DNA of 63,275 nucleotides, filler included, from Chiloscyllium plagiosum (Eukaryota): the NCBI RefSeq assembly GCF_004010195.1. It is 4 parts of one record of this genome, joined end to end, with 100 filler letters (N's around TTAATTAATTAA, not from the genome) between each part and the next. Parts side by side here need not be neighbours in the genome. Positions count along the whole stretch, not along the records: positions 1 to 31,451 come from NC_057713.1; 3 more parts are not named here. The stretch is one strand, 5' to 3'. The notes under the pieces are model-generated. The model was given only the letters and a program-made list of their open reading frames with translations. It was not told the DNA's origin and did not search any database. The position numbers were made by a program, and so were the translations under genes. Shown here piece by piece: positions 13,352 to 27,261 of this stretch; positions within the stretch are counted from its first letter, which is position 1; each line of letters starts with the position of its first letter.

Positions 13352-14500
13352 TGATGTGGAGCAGCCAGTGTTGGACTGGGGTGGATAAAGTTAAAAATCA
13401 CATAACACCATGTTATAGTCTAACGGGTTTACTTGGAAGCATTAGCTTTCGGAGCGCTGCTTCATCAGGTGGTTGTGAAGCAGGACCATAAGACGCAGAA
13501 TTTATAGCAAAAGGTTGCAGTGATACAATGATACACTGAACAAATCTAGATAGTTAAGTCTTTCATCTTCAGAATGGGTTTACTGGTTTTGGTTATTTAA
13601 TATGTAAATCCTAGAACTTCTTTTAAGTCACATTCTCAAGATTACTTAAGGTTTTATAATAAAAGGTGACATCTCAGCTCAGACAATGCCTTAAAGGTTA
13701 ACAATATTTTATTCCTCTGGAGCCATGGCGAGGAGTCACTGGAATAACGACACAGTAACATCAATGAGTTTCATCCCATCATTAGACTTACCATGGACTA
13801 CTCTTTCGTATCTGTCTCATTCTTGGACACATGCATCTCCAGCAAGGATGGGAACCTCAGCATCTCATTGTATTGCAAACCCAAAGACAACCCCACGATG
13901 CTACACTTCTCTAGCTTCCAACCGAAACATATTAAAACAGCCATCCCCTATGGACAAGCCCTACACATGCATAGTATCTGTTCAGATGAGGAGGAACATG
14001 ACGAACACCTGAAGGTACTCAAGGATGCCGTCATAAGAATAGGATACGATTCTCAACTACTTGATCATGAGTTCCAATGTGCCACAGCAAGAAACCGTAA
14101 TGACCTCCTCAGGAGACAGATAGGGTAATCTTCATTGTCCAGTACTTCCCAGGAGCCAAAAATCTACACTATGTTCTTCGCATCCTGCAACACATCATTG
14201 ATGAGGATGAGCACCTTACCAAGACTTTACCTACGCCTCCACTTCTCACCTTTAAACAACCACCAAACCTTAAGCAGGTAATTGTTCACAGGAAACTGAC
14301 CAGCTTTCAGGACAACATCAACCACAACACCATACAACCCTGTCACAACAACCACTGCAAGGCATGTCCAAGTGTCAACACGGATCCCACCATTGCACGT
14401 GGGGACACCGCCCACCATGTACGCGGCAGGTACTCAAGTAACTCGGCTTACGTTGTCTATCTCATACAGTGCAGGCAAGATTTCCCTGAGGGATGGTACA
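13352..14500. mobile_element. Penelope-like family B: minus-strand terminus (13352-~13697) joined to plus-strand RT/GIY-YIG fragment (~13698-14500)
   Basis: NIFILWSHGEES, VSFLDTCISSKDGNLSISLYCKPKD...HIKTAIPYGQALH, YVVYLIQCRQ. Hammerhead with stem II deletion at ~13438-13472 (-). Confidence 0.8.
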
Positions 14501-15552
14501 ATAGTTCCCACAAAGAGATGGGTTCCTGAATTCCTCAACAATACAAATGGAGGTTTACTTATTTCGACAAAATGTACTCCTGGCCTGAATCTTCAGTTTT
14601 TTTCAGGGATAGGTGAGTGTTGGTGGGTGGGGTTTGACACATTATGGCCCTAGGCCCTTTGTTAGTACATTCCCATAGATAGGCTCTGAATACCACTGAA
14701 GGTCTGTTCCTGGGGGCACTGGTTTCTACATGTTCACTAGAATTGGTGTCAAGAATGGCTATCAGAATCCCACACAATTGCTGCAGTTAGGTTCTGTCTC
14801 TCTCTTTCTTCCTGCAGATTTTCACTGCCAGGATCAGTTTTTGAAGTGATACCTTTGTGGTTAAATTGTACATTGTTTCTGAGAGAGTGAAATTAGTTCA
14901 CATCAGCATGAGAAAAGCTAATAGCGAGTTGGTAGCAAAAGAAAATTGATCTTGATGTAAAGCAGCTTGGAGATTTGTCACAGAATTATCCAACTGTGCG
15001 GACAAATTTCACCCTTTACTCACTAGCCTCATACCTCCATGCTCATTCTCCTAAGCTCCGACAAAGAAAGGAAATGGAGCCCTATTTCCATAAGAAACGC
15101 CCAAGCTCACACAGGCTCATCTAACTGCAAAATTCCCAAAAGTTAAACATAGAAACTTGGAGTAGGAGTAGGGGATTCAGTGTTTTGAGATTGCTTTGTG
15201 AGATTTCCCATTCCATCATTGTCAACTCACGTCCCATAGTCTTAGAGTTCCCTTTATTTAGCTTCAGCATCCCAGTTCTGGTTTCAACTTCTTCACACTC
15301 TGTCTTGATTGAACAATTATAGAATCACAGTCACAGGGATATACAGCACGGAAACAGACCCTTCGGTCCAACTCGTCCATGTCGACCAGATATCTTAAAC
15401 TAATCTAGGCCCGTTTGCTAGCACTTGGCTCATATCCCTTTAAACTCTTTCTATTCATGTACCCATCTAATGCTTTTTAAATTCTATCACTTTTTAGTCA
15501 CTCTTCTCCAACAGACTCTGTGCAGCAAGATTGTTAATTAATCCTTTATGAA

Positions 15553-15870
15553 TAGAATCCTTACAGTATGGGAACAGGTCCTTCGGCCCAACAAGCCCAC
15601 ACCGACCCTCTGAAGAGTAACCCACCTAGACCCATTCCCCTACCCTGCCACTCTATATTTTACCCTTGACTAATGCCCGTAACCTACATATTCCTGAACA
15701 CTATGGGCAATTTAGTATGGCCAATTCACCTGACCTACACATTTTGGATTGTGGGAGGAAACTGGAGCACCCAGAGGAAACCCACACAGACACAGGGAGA
15801 ATGTACAAACTCCACACAAAGGCTGGAATCAGGTCCTTGGCACTGTGAGGCAGCAGTGCTAACCACTGCC
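15553..15870 (-). mobile_element. HE1-type SINE
   Basis: Reverse-complement head, core and tail. A CR1 3' end lies just before it at ~15325-15480 (-). Confidence 0.88.
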
Positions 15871-16529
15871 ACCCTTTTTCATTGCACAATGCCCAGTCTT
15901 TACTGTGTTTTGTTTTCATCCTTGTTTCTCCCTCCTCTGTTTCCACACTCAGGTTCTCATCCCTCTGCCATTCCAATTTAAACACCCCATCCCCCAAAAC
16001 AGCACTAGCAAACTGCAACACACCCTGAGGACACCCTGCTTGTATCGGTCTCAATGTCCCAGGCTTCTGAATTCCTTTTTTCTGCACTATTTCTCCAGCA
16101 ATATATTCACCTGGTACATCCTTTTATTCTGAATCTCTCGTAAGTTGCACCATCAGGTACTTTAGTTAACACTTTAGTTATCCACACAATTCTTACAAAT
16201 CAGGCTTCTCATCTTTTTCCAAGTTCAAAACTGGACTTTAGCAGGATTCACAGTTGTAGTTCCATTTAAATTCAAAGTCAAACCATAGAACGCAGGATAG
16301 TTTTCAGATTTCACATCTGTTACAAATCATAATGTGGTGCAAGATCAATGGGCACAATTTTAGCTACCGCTGACATGGTGGTGTCATGCTACAATTGTGC
16401 CACATACGCAAGCAGATTTATTTTTTTCTTTTTGGTTGGCAATTTCCAACTTCTGATTTGCTTGCTCTATAACTTTTAAATATTGTTGGATCCCTGTTGA
16501 CATACATATCCAACACTAGCCATATAATA

Positions 16530-16810
16530 CTTGGGGGCAATGTCCTTCAATGAAGTGTTAAACCAAAGTCCCAGTTGCCTGTTCAGAGCAACACAAAAGA
16601 CCACATGGCACTAATCAAAGAAGAACTCCTTCATTTCCCCTGATGTATTAAGTAATATTTAATCTTTCAATCTAATTATCAGATTATCTGGTCACTTATC
16701 ATATTACTATCTGTGGAATCTTGCTTTAAAATTGGCTGCCATATTTTCTTATTTTGCAATAGGAACTACACTTTAAAAAAAGATTTAATTGGTTGCAAAA
16801 CTCTTTGGGC
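16530..16810 (+). mobile_element. Deu-domain SINE, decayed
   Basis: gttaaacc...catggcacta...agattatctggtca...aaattggctgcc...actacactt; similar to 44270-44540. Confidence 0.6.
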
Positions 16811-18016
16811 AGACTACAACTTTGATTTAATCAACAAATTGAACTTCTAACAATACAATGTTCCTTTGATACTGCACGAAAGCATCAGCTTGTATTATGT
16901 ACTCATATCTCTGGAGTAGGTACTGCCTGAACCCACAATCTTGTGAGAGGTTTGAGTTCCATCACTGAGACTTGTGATTTGCCTCTTTTACCAGCAGCTT
17001 TCCAAAGGAAGGAATGCAAACATCGATAGAGTGGAGGTCAATTTAGTAGAGCCACTTCCAGACCTATCAAGTGTACTGTGAACATGATAAGATCCATTAA
17101 GTACAAAATGAATAGCTTGGAGGCTGTGTTTCAGAAATATTCTTCCATAGTAAAATTCACCTAACTGACAGCACATGTAATTTAGTGTCAGTTCAATTTG
17201 TATAATGGACACCTTATACCCTCTTATTACTGAAGAATGGTTTAATCATATCAGCTCAAGACACTGTACTTGGCCTGTCTGATTTACACAGCCTAGTGAA
17301 CTTTTTCTCTCTGATTTAGGACTGCAATTATGCAGATAATCCTGGTGTACTTTATCAAGTGGACAATTTAATGTTATTGTTATGTCTTCATTATCCCAGT
17401 ATTAGACTGAAAAGGAGCCATTAAGAACCACATTTCAGCACTGGAACCTTTCTAAAGAAGATGTTAACCACCACAATTCCTGTAAATGCTTATACCTTAC
17501 CCTAGGATCTGTTTTTGAAGGTGGTGGTGGATGGGGTGGGATTGGGAATTCAGAAAGGATTCTACTGCCAATTGTTTTAGTGCTCTCAGAAAGCAAGAAG
17601 TGCCAAGGGAACAGTTTCTACCAGAAATACATTTAAAGATTGTCTCCTCAGCAGGACACTTCTCCCCACAACAGTAGCAATTTACATTTATATTGCATCT
17701 TTAATGTAGTAAAATGTTCCAAGGCACTTCAAAGGAAGGTGACAAATAAGAATTGACATTAATCCACATTCTAGGGCAAATCACTGAAAAATTGTTCAGA
17801 ACATAGGTTTCAAGAAGAATCTTACAGAAAGAAGGAGAGGTAGAGAGGAGCCAACATTTAGTCAGGGAATTGCAGAATGTTGGACAGCTGAAGGTACAGT
17901 TTTAACTGTACAATAGTTAACCAGGAGGTGAGGCCAGACTGTAGCAGTGCGAACATGTTTGACGGTTTTACGACAGAGATCACAGTGTCAGGAAGACCGT
18001 GGAAAAGTCAAAAAGT

Positions 18017-18485
18017 TATAGAGATGTACAGCACAGAAACAGACCCTTCCATCCAACTCGCCCATGCTGACGAGATATCCCAACCTAATCTCGGCCCACT
18101 TGCCAGCACCTGGCCCATTTCCCTCTAAATCCGTCTTATTCATAAACCCATCCAGATGTCTTTTAAATGCTGCAATTGTACCAGTCTCCACCACTTCCTC
18201 TGGCAGCTTATTCCATACACTACCCTCTGTGTGAAAACGTTGCCCCCTTAGGTCTCTTTTATATCTTTCCCATCTCACACTAAACCTGTGTCCTCTGGTT
18301 CTGTACTACCCTACCCTGGGAAAAGACTTTGTCTGTTTATCCTATCCATGCCTCTCACGATTTTATAAACCTCTATAAAGTCACCACTCAGCCTCTGATG
18401 CTCCAAGGAAAACAGCCCCAGCCTATTCAACCTCTCCTTATAACTCAAATCCTCCAACCCTGGCAACATCCTTGTAAATCTTTTT
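18017..18485 (-). mobile_element. CR1 LINE 3' fragment
   Basis: KRFTRMLPGLEDLSYKERLNRLGLFSLE...WNKLPEEVV. Confidence 0.9.
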
Positions 18486-18983
18486 GAAGACAATTTTTGA
18501 ATTTTACAGAGTCATTATTTATTGGCTAACTTATGAAATGTCCCACTTTTGCAATCAGCTTCTCTGTAGTATTTCAGGGTTTCCACTTTGTAACTGTATA
18601 CATTAGAAATATCCATCCTTTTTTACCTCATAAGCTTCATGGGCAAAGGTTCTTAGGGACAGTTTTAGACTATATGCCACTATATTACTGTCAGCATGCA
18701 TTTTGAAACAGTTGTTTCTTATTAAACGACTGTACCCATCAGCCTAATGGAAATGTCTGCTTAGATGAGCACTGTTGGAAGAATTTGCCAGATTAATTAT
18801 TTCTCTGCCACTCTCCATAAAGAATTCTGTTGGTGTGTCATAGAGTCATAGAGATATACAGTCTGGTTGGAAAGATTTATGTTTTATTACTATTGAGGTT
18901 TTGGAGGTTTTTGCTGAATCTGTACAAGGAAAGGTAAAGTTGCCACAGTCCCTTAAGAGGATAGGGCTGCTCTCTCAGTAGAC

Positions 18984-19017
18984 CGAGAGAGAGAGAACGA
19001 GAGAGAGAGAGAGAGAG
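18984..19017 (+). repeat. Imperfect (GA)n microsatellite
   Basis: Directly visible. Confidence 0.85.
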
Positions 19018-20886
19018 CTGGTGGTGATTTTAACCTGAGAATCACTATGCCTCAGGCAAGGGACAAGATTGAGTATATAGACCTTCGTGGTGGCCTCAGC
19101 CAGTGTGGGAATTGAACCCATACTGTTGGTATCATTCTGCATCACAAACCAGCATTCCAGCCAAGTCAAGTAAATAGTTACACCCTTCAGTATGACATTG
19201 TTGTACCTACTTGCCCGATTGAAATACTGAGGCCTCATAAAACAAGCTGAAATCTACACAACTTAAAGCTTTATGCTTGATTGTGCTGAATTCCTCTATT
19301 TTAGCTGATCAGATGTAAAAATTAGTAAATGACAAGCTTAAGATGTTTGTGGTTACATTACTGGGCTATTAATCTATTTGCCAGTTTTTGGAACGTACAA
19401 TGTCCGTACCTGGCATCACATCAACACTGAAATTCCTATTCCAGGTTGCTGACATCAGATTGAAAAGATGCTTTCCATATCACACAAAATACTAATGTAG
19501 TACATGAGTTAAATAAGAAATGGAAGGAAATTCTTCGTGATACAGGAGGAAAGTCCTTACGCCACAGCAAATGATTAAGATCCGGAATGGAGTAAATGAT
19601 TGAGGCAAATTTAATCATGGATTTCAAAAGATAATTGAATTTAACGAGAAAACAAATTGCAAATAAATAAGAAAAATGCAGGGTATTGGTGCTAGATGAA
19701 TTGCTTTTACAGACTCGGACAGAGATACAGACAATCAGCATGATGAGAAACAGTTTATCTGGTCAGTATCACATTGTGGAAGTTAGCCACATGCAAATTA
19801 GCTGCCCTGCATTGTTCATTACACCCGTGACCACACTTCAAAAAGTACTTCATTGGTTTTCAAATTCCTTGAGGTGTCTGGTGCCTTGAAAAGCATAATA
19901 TAACTGCTTCTTTTTCTTATTCATTTTTCCATATTATGAGAATGAACTTTTGCAGGGTTTGTCTTAATTGTCCACAATAATTATGACAATAGATTCAAAT
20001 ATTCCCTTTGGAAATCTATTCTCTATGCAGTTAAATTTTAACACTAACAGGGGTTATCAAAGCATACAGAACTATGCACCATGAGCAATAAAGTGGTGTG
20101 CAACATATCTCAGTCCAAAGTTATTGGAGGAGCACTGTAAACAAAATACGTATATCTCATTAGCTCCTTCCTAACTCTGTGCAAATGAAATAAAATTTGA
20201 AATGTCTGGCTATGTCAGCTGGTTCTACTTTTTGAAGAAAAACAAAACCACAGAGTTCTCAAATGTGCTGCGTGTGGAACTCTTGTAATGGAACACCTGC
20301 AGTACAAAACATTCAGCACACTGCCTGCTATGTGGACATACAAAGTGCTGATTCTTATCTACTGAGGCTGTGTGAATGTCAGTCTGACTGTTACTTTTGC
20401 TGAAATAAAATGCTGGCTTTGCTTCATACATTCCGATGCTTGACATACCACACACAAAAGCAAAATATCTCTCGACTTCTCCTGATCACAATGCATTCAA
20501 TTTCAGTGACAGCGTGCTCCCATTTTCGGACTAAGTCTGAGAGCGGGAGAGATAGAGAAGGAAGAATTCTATGTATGTTAGGATGTTGAAGCCTGCGAAT
20601 CATCTAGCTCTCGGGCACCTGATTGGTCACTGCCAAGATTTCAACCAGTATTAGGATCCACATAAAAGAGGTCCATGCCACCAAAAACTGCCGACTAATC
20701 AGAGATCAGCAGCTTGACCAATTGGCAGCACCAGGTGGGAACCTGAGTTGTTTTCAGTACAATACCCTAGGACTCCCAAGCAGTCGTGGAACAGGTGAAA
20801 TATTCTTGGACGAGAGTCTAAATAAAAGGGTCATGATGGTCAGATCATAGAGCAGGGTGGATGGATATTAGTGACAAAATCTCTTT

Positions 20887-21395
20887 CATAGAGTCATAGA
20901 GATAGACAGCACGGAAACATACCTTTTGGTCTAACTCGTCCATGATGACTGGATATCCTAACCTAACCTTGTCCCATTTAGAGTCCCATAGAGTCATAGA
21001 GATGTACAGCATGGAAACAGACCCTTCGGTCCAACCCGTCCATGCCAGCTAGCACCTGGCCCATATCCCTCCAGACCTTTCCTATTCATATACTCATCCA
21101 GATGCCTTTTAAATGATGTAATGGCACCAGCCTCCACCACTTCCTCTGACAGCTCATTCCATACACGTACCACCATCTGTGTGAAAAGGTTGCCGCTTGT
21201 GTCCCTTTTATATCTTTCCTCTCTCACCCTGAACCTATGCCCTCTAGTTCTGGACTCCTCCACCCAGGGAAAAGACTTTGTCTATTTATCCTATCTATGC
21301 CCCTCATGATTTTATATATCTCTATATGGTCAGCCCTCAGCATCCAATGCTCCAGGGAAAACAGCCCCAGCCTAGTCAGCCTCTCCATTCAGCTT
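20887..21395 (-). mobile_element. CR1 LINE 3' fragment with duplicated 3' tail
   Basis: SRTRGHRFRV...WNELSEEVV; catagagtcatagagat occurs at both 20887 and 20987. Confidence 0.88.
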
Positions 21396-23225
21396 AGTGG
21401 AGATTGGCAATGCATTCCACTACTCTCTGCGTGAAGAACTTTTACATATATCTCCCTTTGAACTCGTGACCCCTAGTAATTGAGTCCTCCACTCTGGAAA
21501 AACGTTTCTTGCTATCTACCCTGTCTACATCACTCATGATTTTGTAGGCCTCAATCAGGTCCCCCCTCAACCTCCTTCTTTCCAATGAAAATAATCCCAA
21601 TCTATTCAACCTTTCCTCATAGCTAGCACCCTCCATAACAGGAAACACCCTGGTGAACCTCCTCTGCATCTTCTCCAAAGCATCCACATTCTTTTGCTAA
21701 TCTTGCGACCAGAAATGTACACAGTATTCCAAATGTGGCTGAACCAAAGTCTTATATGACTGTAATATGGCCTGCCAACTCTTGTACTCAATATCCCGTC
21801 CGATGAAGGAAAGCATGCCATATGCCTTCTTGACTACTCTACTGACCTGTGTTTCCACCTTCAGGGGACAATGGACCTGAACATCCAGCTCTCTCTGTAC
21901 ATCAATTTTCCCCAGGACTTTTCCATTTACTGTTTAGTTCGCTCTGGAATTGCATCCTCCAAAATGCATCTGTCCAGATTGAACTCCATCTGTCATTTCT
22001 CTGCTCAAATGTCCATTCTATCTATATTCTGCTGTATTCTCGGACAGTCCCCTTCACTATCTGCTACTCCACCAATCTTAGTGTTATTTGTAAACTTGCT
22101 AACGAGGCAACCTACACCTTCCTCCAAATCATTTATGTATATCACAAACAACAGGAGTCCCAGCACAGGTCACTGTGGGACACCACTGGTCACAGGTCTC
22201 CATTTTGAGAACATCCTTTCCACTACTGCTCTCTGTCTCCTGTTGCCCTACTAGTTCTCTATCCATCTAGCTAGAACACCCTGGATCCCATGCATCTTCA
22301 CCTTCTTCATCAGCCTAACATGGGGAACCTTATCAAATGTCTTACTAAAGTTCATATATATGACAACTACATCACTTCCCTCATCAATCAACTTTGTCAC
22401 CTCTTCAAAGAATTCTATTAAGTTTGTAAGCATGACCTTCCCTGTACAAAATCTTACTGCCTTTCACTGATAAGCCCATTTTATTCCAAATGGGTATATA
22501 TCCTATTCCTTAATATCTTCTCCAGTAGCTTCCCTACCACTGACATCAGGCTCACTGATCTATAATTACCTGGATTATTCCTGCTACCCTTCTCAAACAA
22601 GGGGACAACATTAGCAATTCTCCAGTCCTTCGGGACCTCCCCATTTTCAAGGATGCTGCAAAGATATCTGTTAAAGCCCCAGTTATTTTGTCTCCCACTT
22701 CCCTCAGTGATCTGGGATAGATCCCATCTGGACCTGGGGATTTGTCCACTTTAATGCCATTTAGAATACACAAAACCTCCTCCCTCCTTATGCCGACTTG
22801 ACCTAGAGTACTCAAAGATCTATTCCTAATCTCAACATCCACCATGTCCCTCTCCTCGGTGAATACCAATGCAAAGTACTCATTAAGAATCTCACCCATT
22901 TTCTCTGACTCCACACATATCTTTCCTCCTTTGTCCTTGAGTGGGCCAACTCTTTTCCTAGTTACCCTCTTGTTCCTTATATATGAATAAAAGACTTTGG
23001 CGTTTTCCTTAACCCTGCTCGCTAAGGATATCTCATGACCCCTTTTAGCCCTCTTAATTCCTCATTTCAGATTGATCCTACATTCCCAATATTCTTCCAA
23101 AGCTTTGTCTGTCTTCAGTCACCTAGACCTTATGCATGCATCCTTTTTCCTCTTTGCTAGTCTCACAATTTCACTTGTCATCCATGGTTCCCTAATCTTG
23201 CCATTTCTATTCCTCATTTTCACAG
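21396..23225 (-). mobile_element. CR1 LINE ORF2 (RT) remnant, second subfamily
   Basis: KSPGPDGIYPR, LTNLIEFFEEVT, NFSKTFDKVPH, RRRLRGDLIEAYKI; frameshifted. Confidence 0.92.
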
Positions 23226-25321
23226 GAATAATTTTTTCCTCAACAATGCTTTCAAGAAATGCTCGGGTCAGTTAGTTCATGCTGTGTGTAAGACTGTGTT
23301 TACCCGAACTGTGTTCTACACTTTACAAAATTGATGATGATTCAGAAGTACTTCATTGGCAGTGAGGTACTTTGTGATATCCTGAGGTCATGAAAATGTT
23401 TTTCTTATCTAAAATAAATCCATAAGAGTTTTTAAGAGTGTTAGTTAAGCATTTGAAAAAGAAGTGAAAGTGAAAGGACATGGAGGAAAGAGAGTTAAAT
23501 GTAGCCAACAAAGGTTTGATGGACCAAGTAGCCTCACACTGTGCTGTAGAATGTAAGATTCAATGATTTTAGCTTCAGTCTGTGGGTCTGCTCTGGTTCC
23601 CATCAGGATAATATTGCTTGTTTTCAAATTCCTCCCTGGTTTTATCCCTTTATATCTGTCATGTTCTTCAGTGTTATAACCCTCCAACGTATATGTGCTT
23701 TCCCCAGTTCTGGCCTATTTTAATTGCTCCACAGTTGGCAGGCATGCTCTTGAAGCCCTAAGCTTTCGAAGTCCACCCCTGAAAATTCCTGCCTCTTTGT
23801 CCCCTTTTTAGGTACCCCAATAACCTATATTTTTCTCCTCTAATATCTCCATATGTAGCTCCGTGTCAAATTTTGTTTGATAACTTTTCTGCACAGTGCA
23901 TCCGGTTGTTTTACTGATTAAAACACAAGTAGTTGTTGCTATAACTTAACTTTCATTTTGCAATTGTTTGTTTAAGTGGCTATCATACTAACACATAAAG
24001 TTATTCTTTGCCCCAGCCACACGAGATTAGAAGATGTGTTTTATTTTTGTTTTTGTAGCAGGGACTCTAATGCCCCCACTTCTGTGATCAGCAGGATGTT
24101 AGGACATTGAGCTAACAAATCACAGTGCATTTGTTGAAATGATAAGATTAAATCTGAAATAAAATTGGAGGAAAAAGAGTCATTTTAAGTGACCCCAGAG
24201 CACACCAGTAATTATTGGCAAACATCTGCAGTGTATTTCAAGCAAGAAAGAAATAATGTTTTTAGATTAGTTTTGTTTTTCTGCACTGTTGATTAAGACG
24301 TATCACAGTGTACTAGCTCCTATCTGATATCGCAGTCAAGGTTACTTCTTCAACATGACGAAAAGATCTTTAAACTCCACATGCTGAGGGACTAGCAAAT
24401 CCACCTCTCCTATCCAGTAACTGTATCAGAGAGGCAAGATCATGTGCAGGCACAGTATTCAGATTACCCTAATTTAAAGAAAGTGGAAACTTGGGTTCGT
24501 TTTGCGCTTTTCATGACCTCAGGGGATTGCAAGTTGAGCCCACCACCAGTAATGATAACTAAAGGACTACACTCATTAAGTTCTGGAGTACTGTAGCCTC
24601 AGCTTCAGAGGAGCAACTTTGTTTTGATGGGATGTGTATCTCTGTGTCATATTTGAGGTATATTCTACAAGAGTCAAAGGAACCATACAGTACAATTCGC
24701 AACCACTGAAAGCCTGGTCGCATAGTCTGGAAAATTAAGAGCAAATCATCTGTTTTTTTGTTGTTTGTTGAGAGATAAATATTGGCCCCTTTATTTGGGC
24801 AAAACTTCCTCTGTTGTCAAAGTGGTGCCATTGGATCTTTAACATCCATTTGAGAGCACAGACAGTGCATTGATTTACTGTTTTCTCCAAGAACAACATT
24901 CTTATCTGTGTCACAGTGGAGTCTTGCCATAGGTTGTGGGCTTAGGTCTCTGGAGTGACACTTGAAACTATAGCAGTGACTCAGAGGCTGTATTATGCTA
25001 AATGGATGATCTGTATTGGGGGCATACCCTATGGGTTAGGGTACTGGTTTATTCACCACAGATTTGGCAAAAATCAAATGTAAACACATGTTAGTTGACA
25101 TCCACCTGGCAAGAATACGTAACTGTAAGAGAAAACTCTTCATAAATTCCAAAATCTGTGATCTCTGAATTGGAATTTTCTCAGTTTAAGTCTTCCAAAT
25201 TGTGTTTTAATGAATGTTTGAATACCCAAGGGAAAGACATTTGGCTGCTGGCCAATTTCTTATGATTGCCCAGAAATAACTTTGTGTAGTGTGTGAACAT
25301 TTATTCAAATGTGTTCATGCG

Positions 25322-25667
25322 ACATGGTGGCTCAGTGGTTAGCACTGCTGCCTCACAGCACCAGGGACACGGGTTTGATTCCAACCTCAGGCGATCATCT
25401 GTGTGGAGTCTGTATGTTTTCCCCGTGTCTGCATGGGGTTCCTCCAGGTGCTCCAGTTTCCTCCCACAGTCCAAAGATGTGCAAGTTAGATGGAGTGGCC
25501 ATGCTAAATTTCCCATAGTGTCCACAGATGTGCAGGTTAGGTGGATTAGCCATGGGAAATGCAAGGTTATGGGGATCAGTAGTGGGATGGGTCTGACTGT
25601 GATGTTCTTTGGAGTATTGGTTTGGGCTTGATGGGCCAAAAGGCTGACTTCTGTGTTGTAGGGATTC
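25322..25667 (+). mobile_element. HE1-type SINE
   Basis: tRNA head and core; internal duplication of gatgtgca.gttag.tgga..gccatg. Confidence 0.88.
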
Positions 25668-27069
25668 AACGACAGTTGAAAGGGAAACATATGATGGGGG
25701 TGTGTTGGGGGCAGAGGTAAATTAAATTAATCTTCACTTTTATCCATTGAAGTGTTTGAGGCATTTGACCATATGGAGAAAAGATCAGAGCTAAGCCCAA
25801 TCCTGTTCTTAACTAATTTCTTAATGTAATATATTCTGCTAGGTAATGATGATCTAGCTGATTTATTTGCATCTTGTGTGGACAGCAGGAGGCCAATTAT
25901 AGCAATTGAACCTTTCCTCAAATTGAGATAGACTGAGAGTTCATTTTAGAGCAAACTGAAAGTTGAATCTAGGTCCTGCTGATTTCTTTGGCTCAGCTCT
26001 GCACTGCATAGTCCCTTTGACTTGGTCAGATATACCTTAAATATGACACAGAGAGGGACAGTATCATGTTTAAAAAGAAATGACTACTCTGAACCTGCTG
26101 ACACCCCTGTCTACAGCACTGCAGAGCTTAAGAAATGTCCTTTAGTCAGCATTACTGGAGGTAGGCTGGCTCAGTTGTTGCAGAGCAACAAAAACATAAA
26201 TAAGATATAGACAGATCAGATTCCTGTCATTCTTTCCTCCTTGATGAGAAGATAATTTATGTAGAGTTCCAGAAAACCAACCACACCCTTTGTAAACTCA
26301 AGCTGTACCATTATTTCTCCTGCCTCCTCCCCGATTATGTGCTATGAAATGCCCTGAAAAGTTTTACAATGTTAAAGGTGCTATATAAACAGAATTTGTT
26401 GTTGCGCTGATGTTTGCAGTGTAATTCTTTGCGGACGGTTCTCTCTATTGACATTATGGAGTACAACTGGTTTCTTATCATTTTAAGGCAGGGCTTTACA
26501 CGCAGTTTGTATATTCCAGGAAACTGAGCAGCTTTAAAACAGTATCAGTTTCAATTCTCATCCAAAAATTCTGCATCATCTTTTTAGATCCTAACCACAA
26601 AGGGCAGATAGGTTCAACACAAAGGAGCTGCTCTCATAAGGTAAGAAATACCACAGTCAATGTACTCACAGCCTGATCACAAAAGTAACACTAAGGAAAA
26701 TGACTAAATCTACCTAATTTTTAGTGGTGTTGGATGAGGGATAAATGTTAGGCCAAGATACCAAGAAAAACTGTCCACTCCTTTTAGACATTGCACCATC
26801 AATCTTAATGTCCAGCTGAGAGAACAGATAGTGTCTGCATTTAGCATCTCGTGTGAAAAGGCAGCACCACCAACAGTTCAACATTTCCTTTATTTGTCTT
26901 AGTTTCAGGTTGATCTGTTGATGTGCTCACAATGACAGGGCTAAAATACATAATGAACTTGGCTCTTCACAGTTTCCCACAAATGAGGAAGCAAGGAAAC
27001 TGAAACAGCAGCCTGGATGGTGTTCGCAAGAATGGGAAAGTTGAATTCTATAACTTATTGCCAGTTAGG

Positions 27070-27261
27070 CGAAAGTGAGGACTGCAGATTCTGGAGATCA
27101 GAGTTAAAAAAGTGTGGTGTTGGAAAAGCACAGCCGGTCAGGCAGCATCCAAGGAGCAGGAGGGTCAACATTTCGAGCATAAGCTCTTCATCAAACGTTG
27201 ACTCTCCTCCTCCTCAAATGTTGCCTGACCGACTGTGCTTTTCCAGCACCACACTCTTTGA
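27070..27261. mobile_element. Penelope family A hairpin mini-insertion (older)
   Basis: Terminus on the - strand followed by an inverted copy from ~27193. Degenerate flanking duplication ttattgcca/ttgttgcca. Confidence 0.7.
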
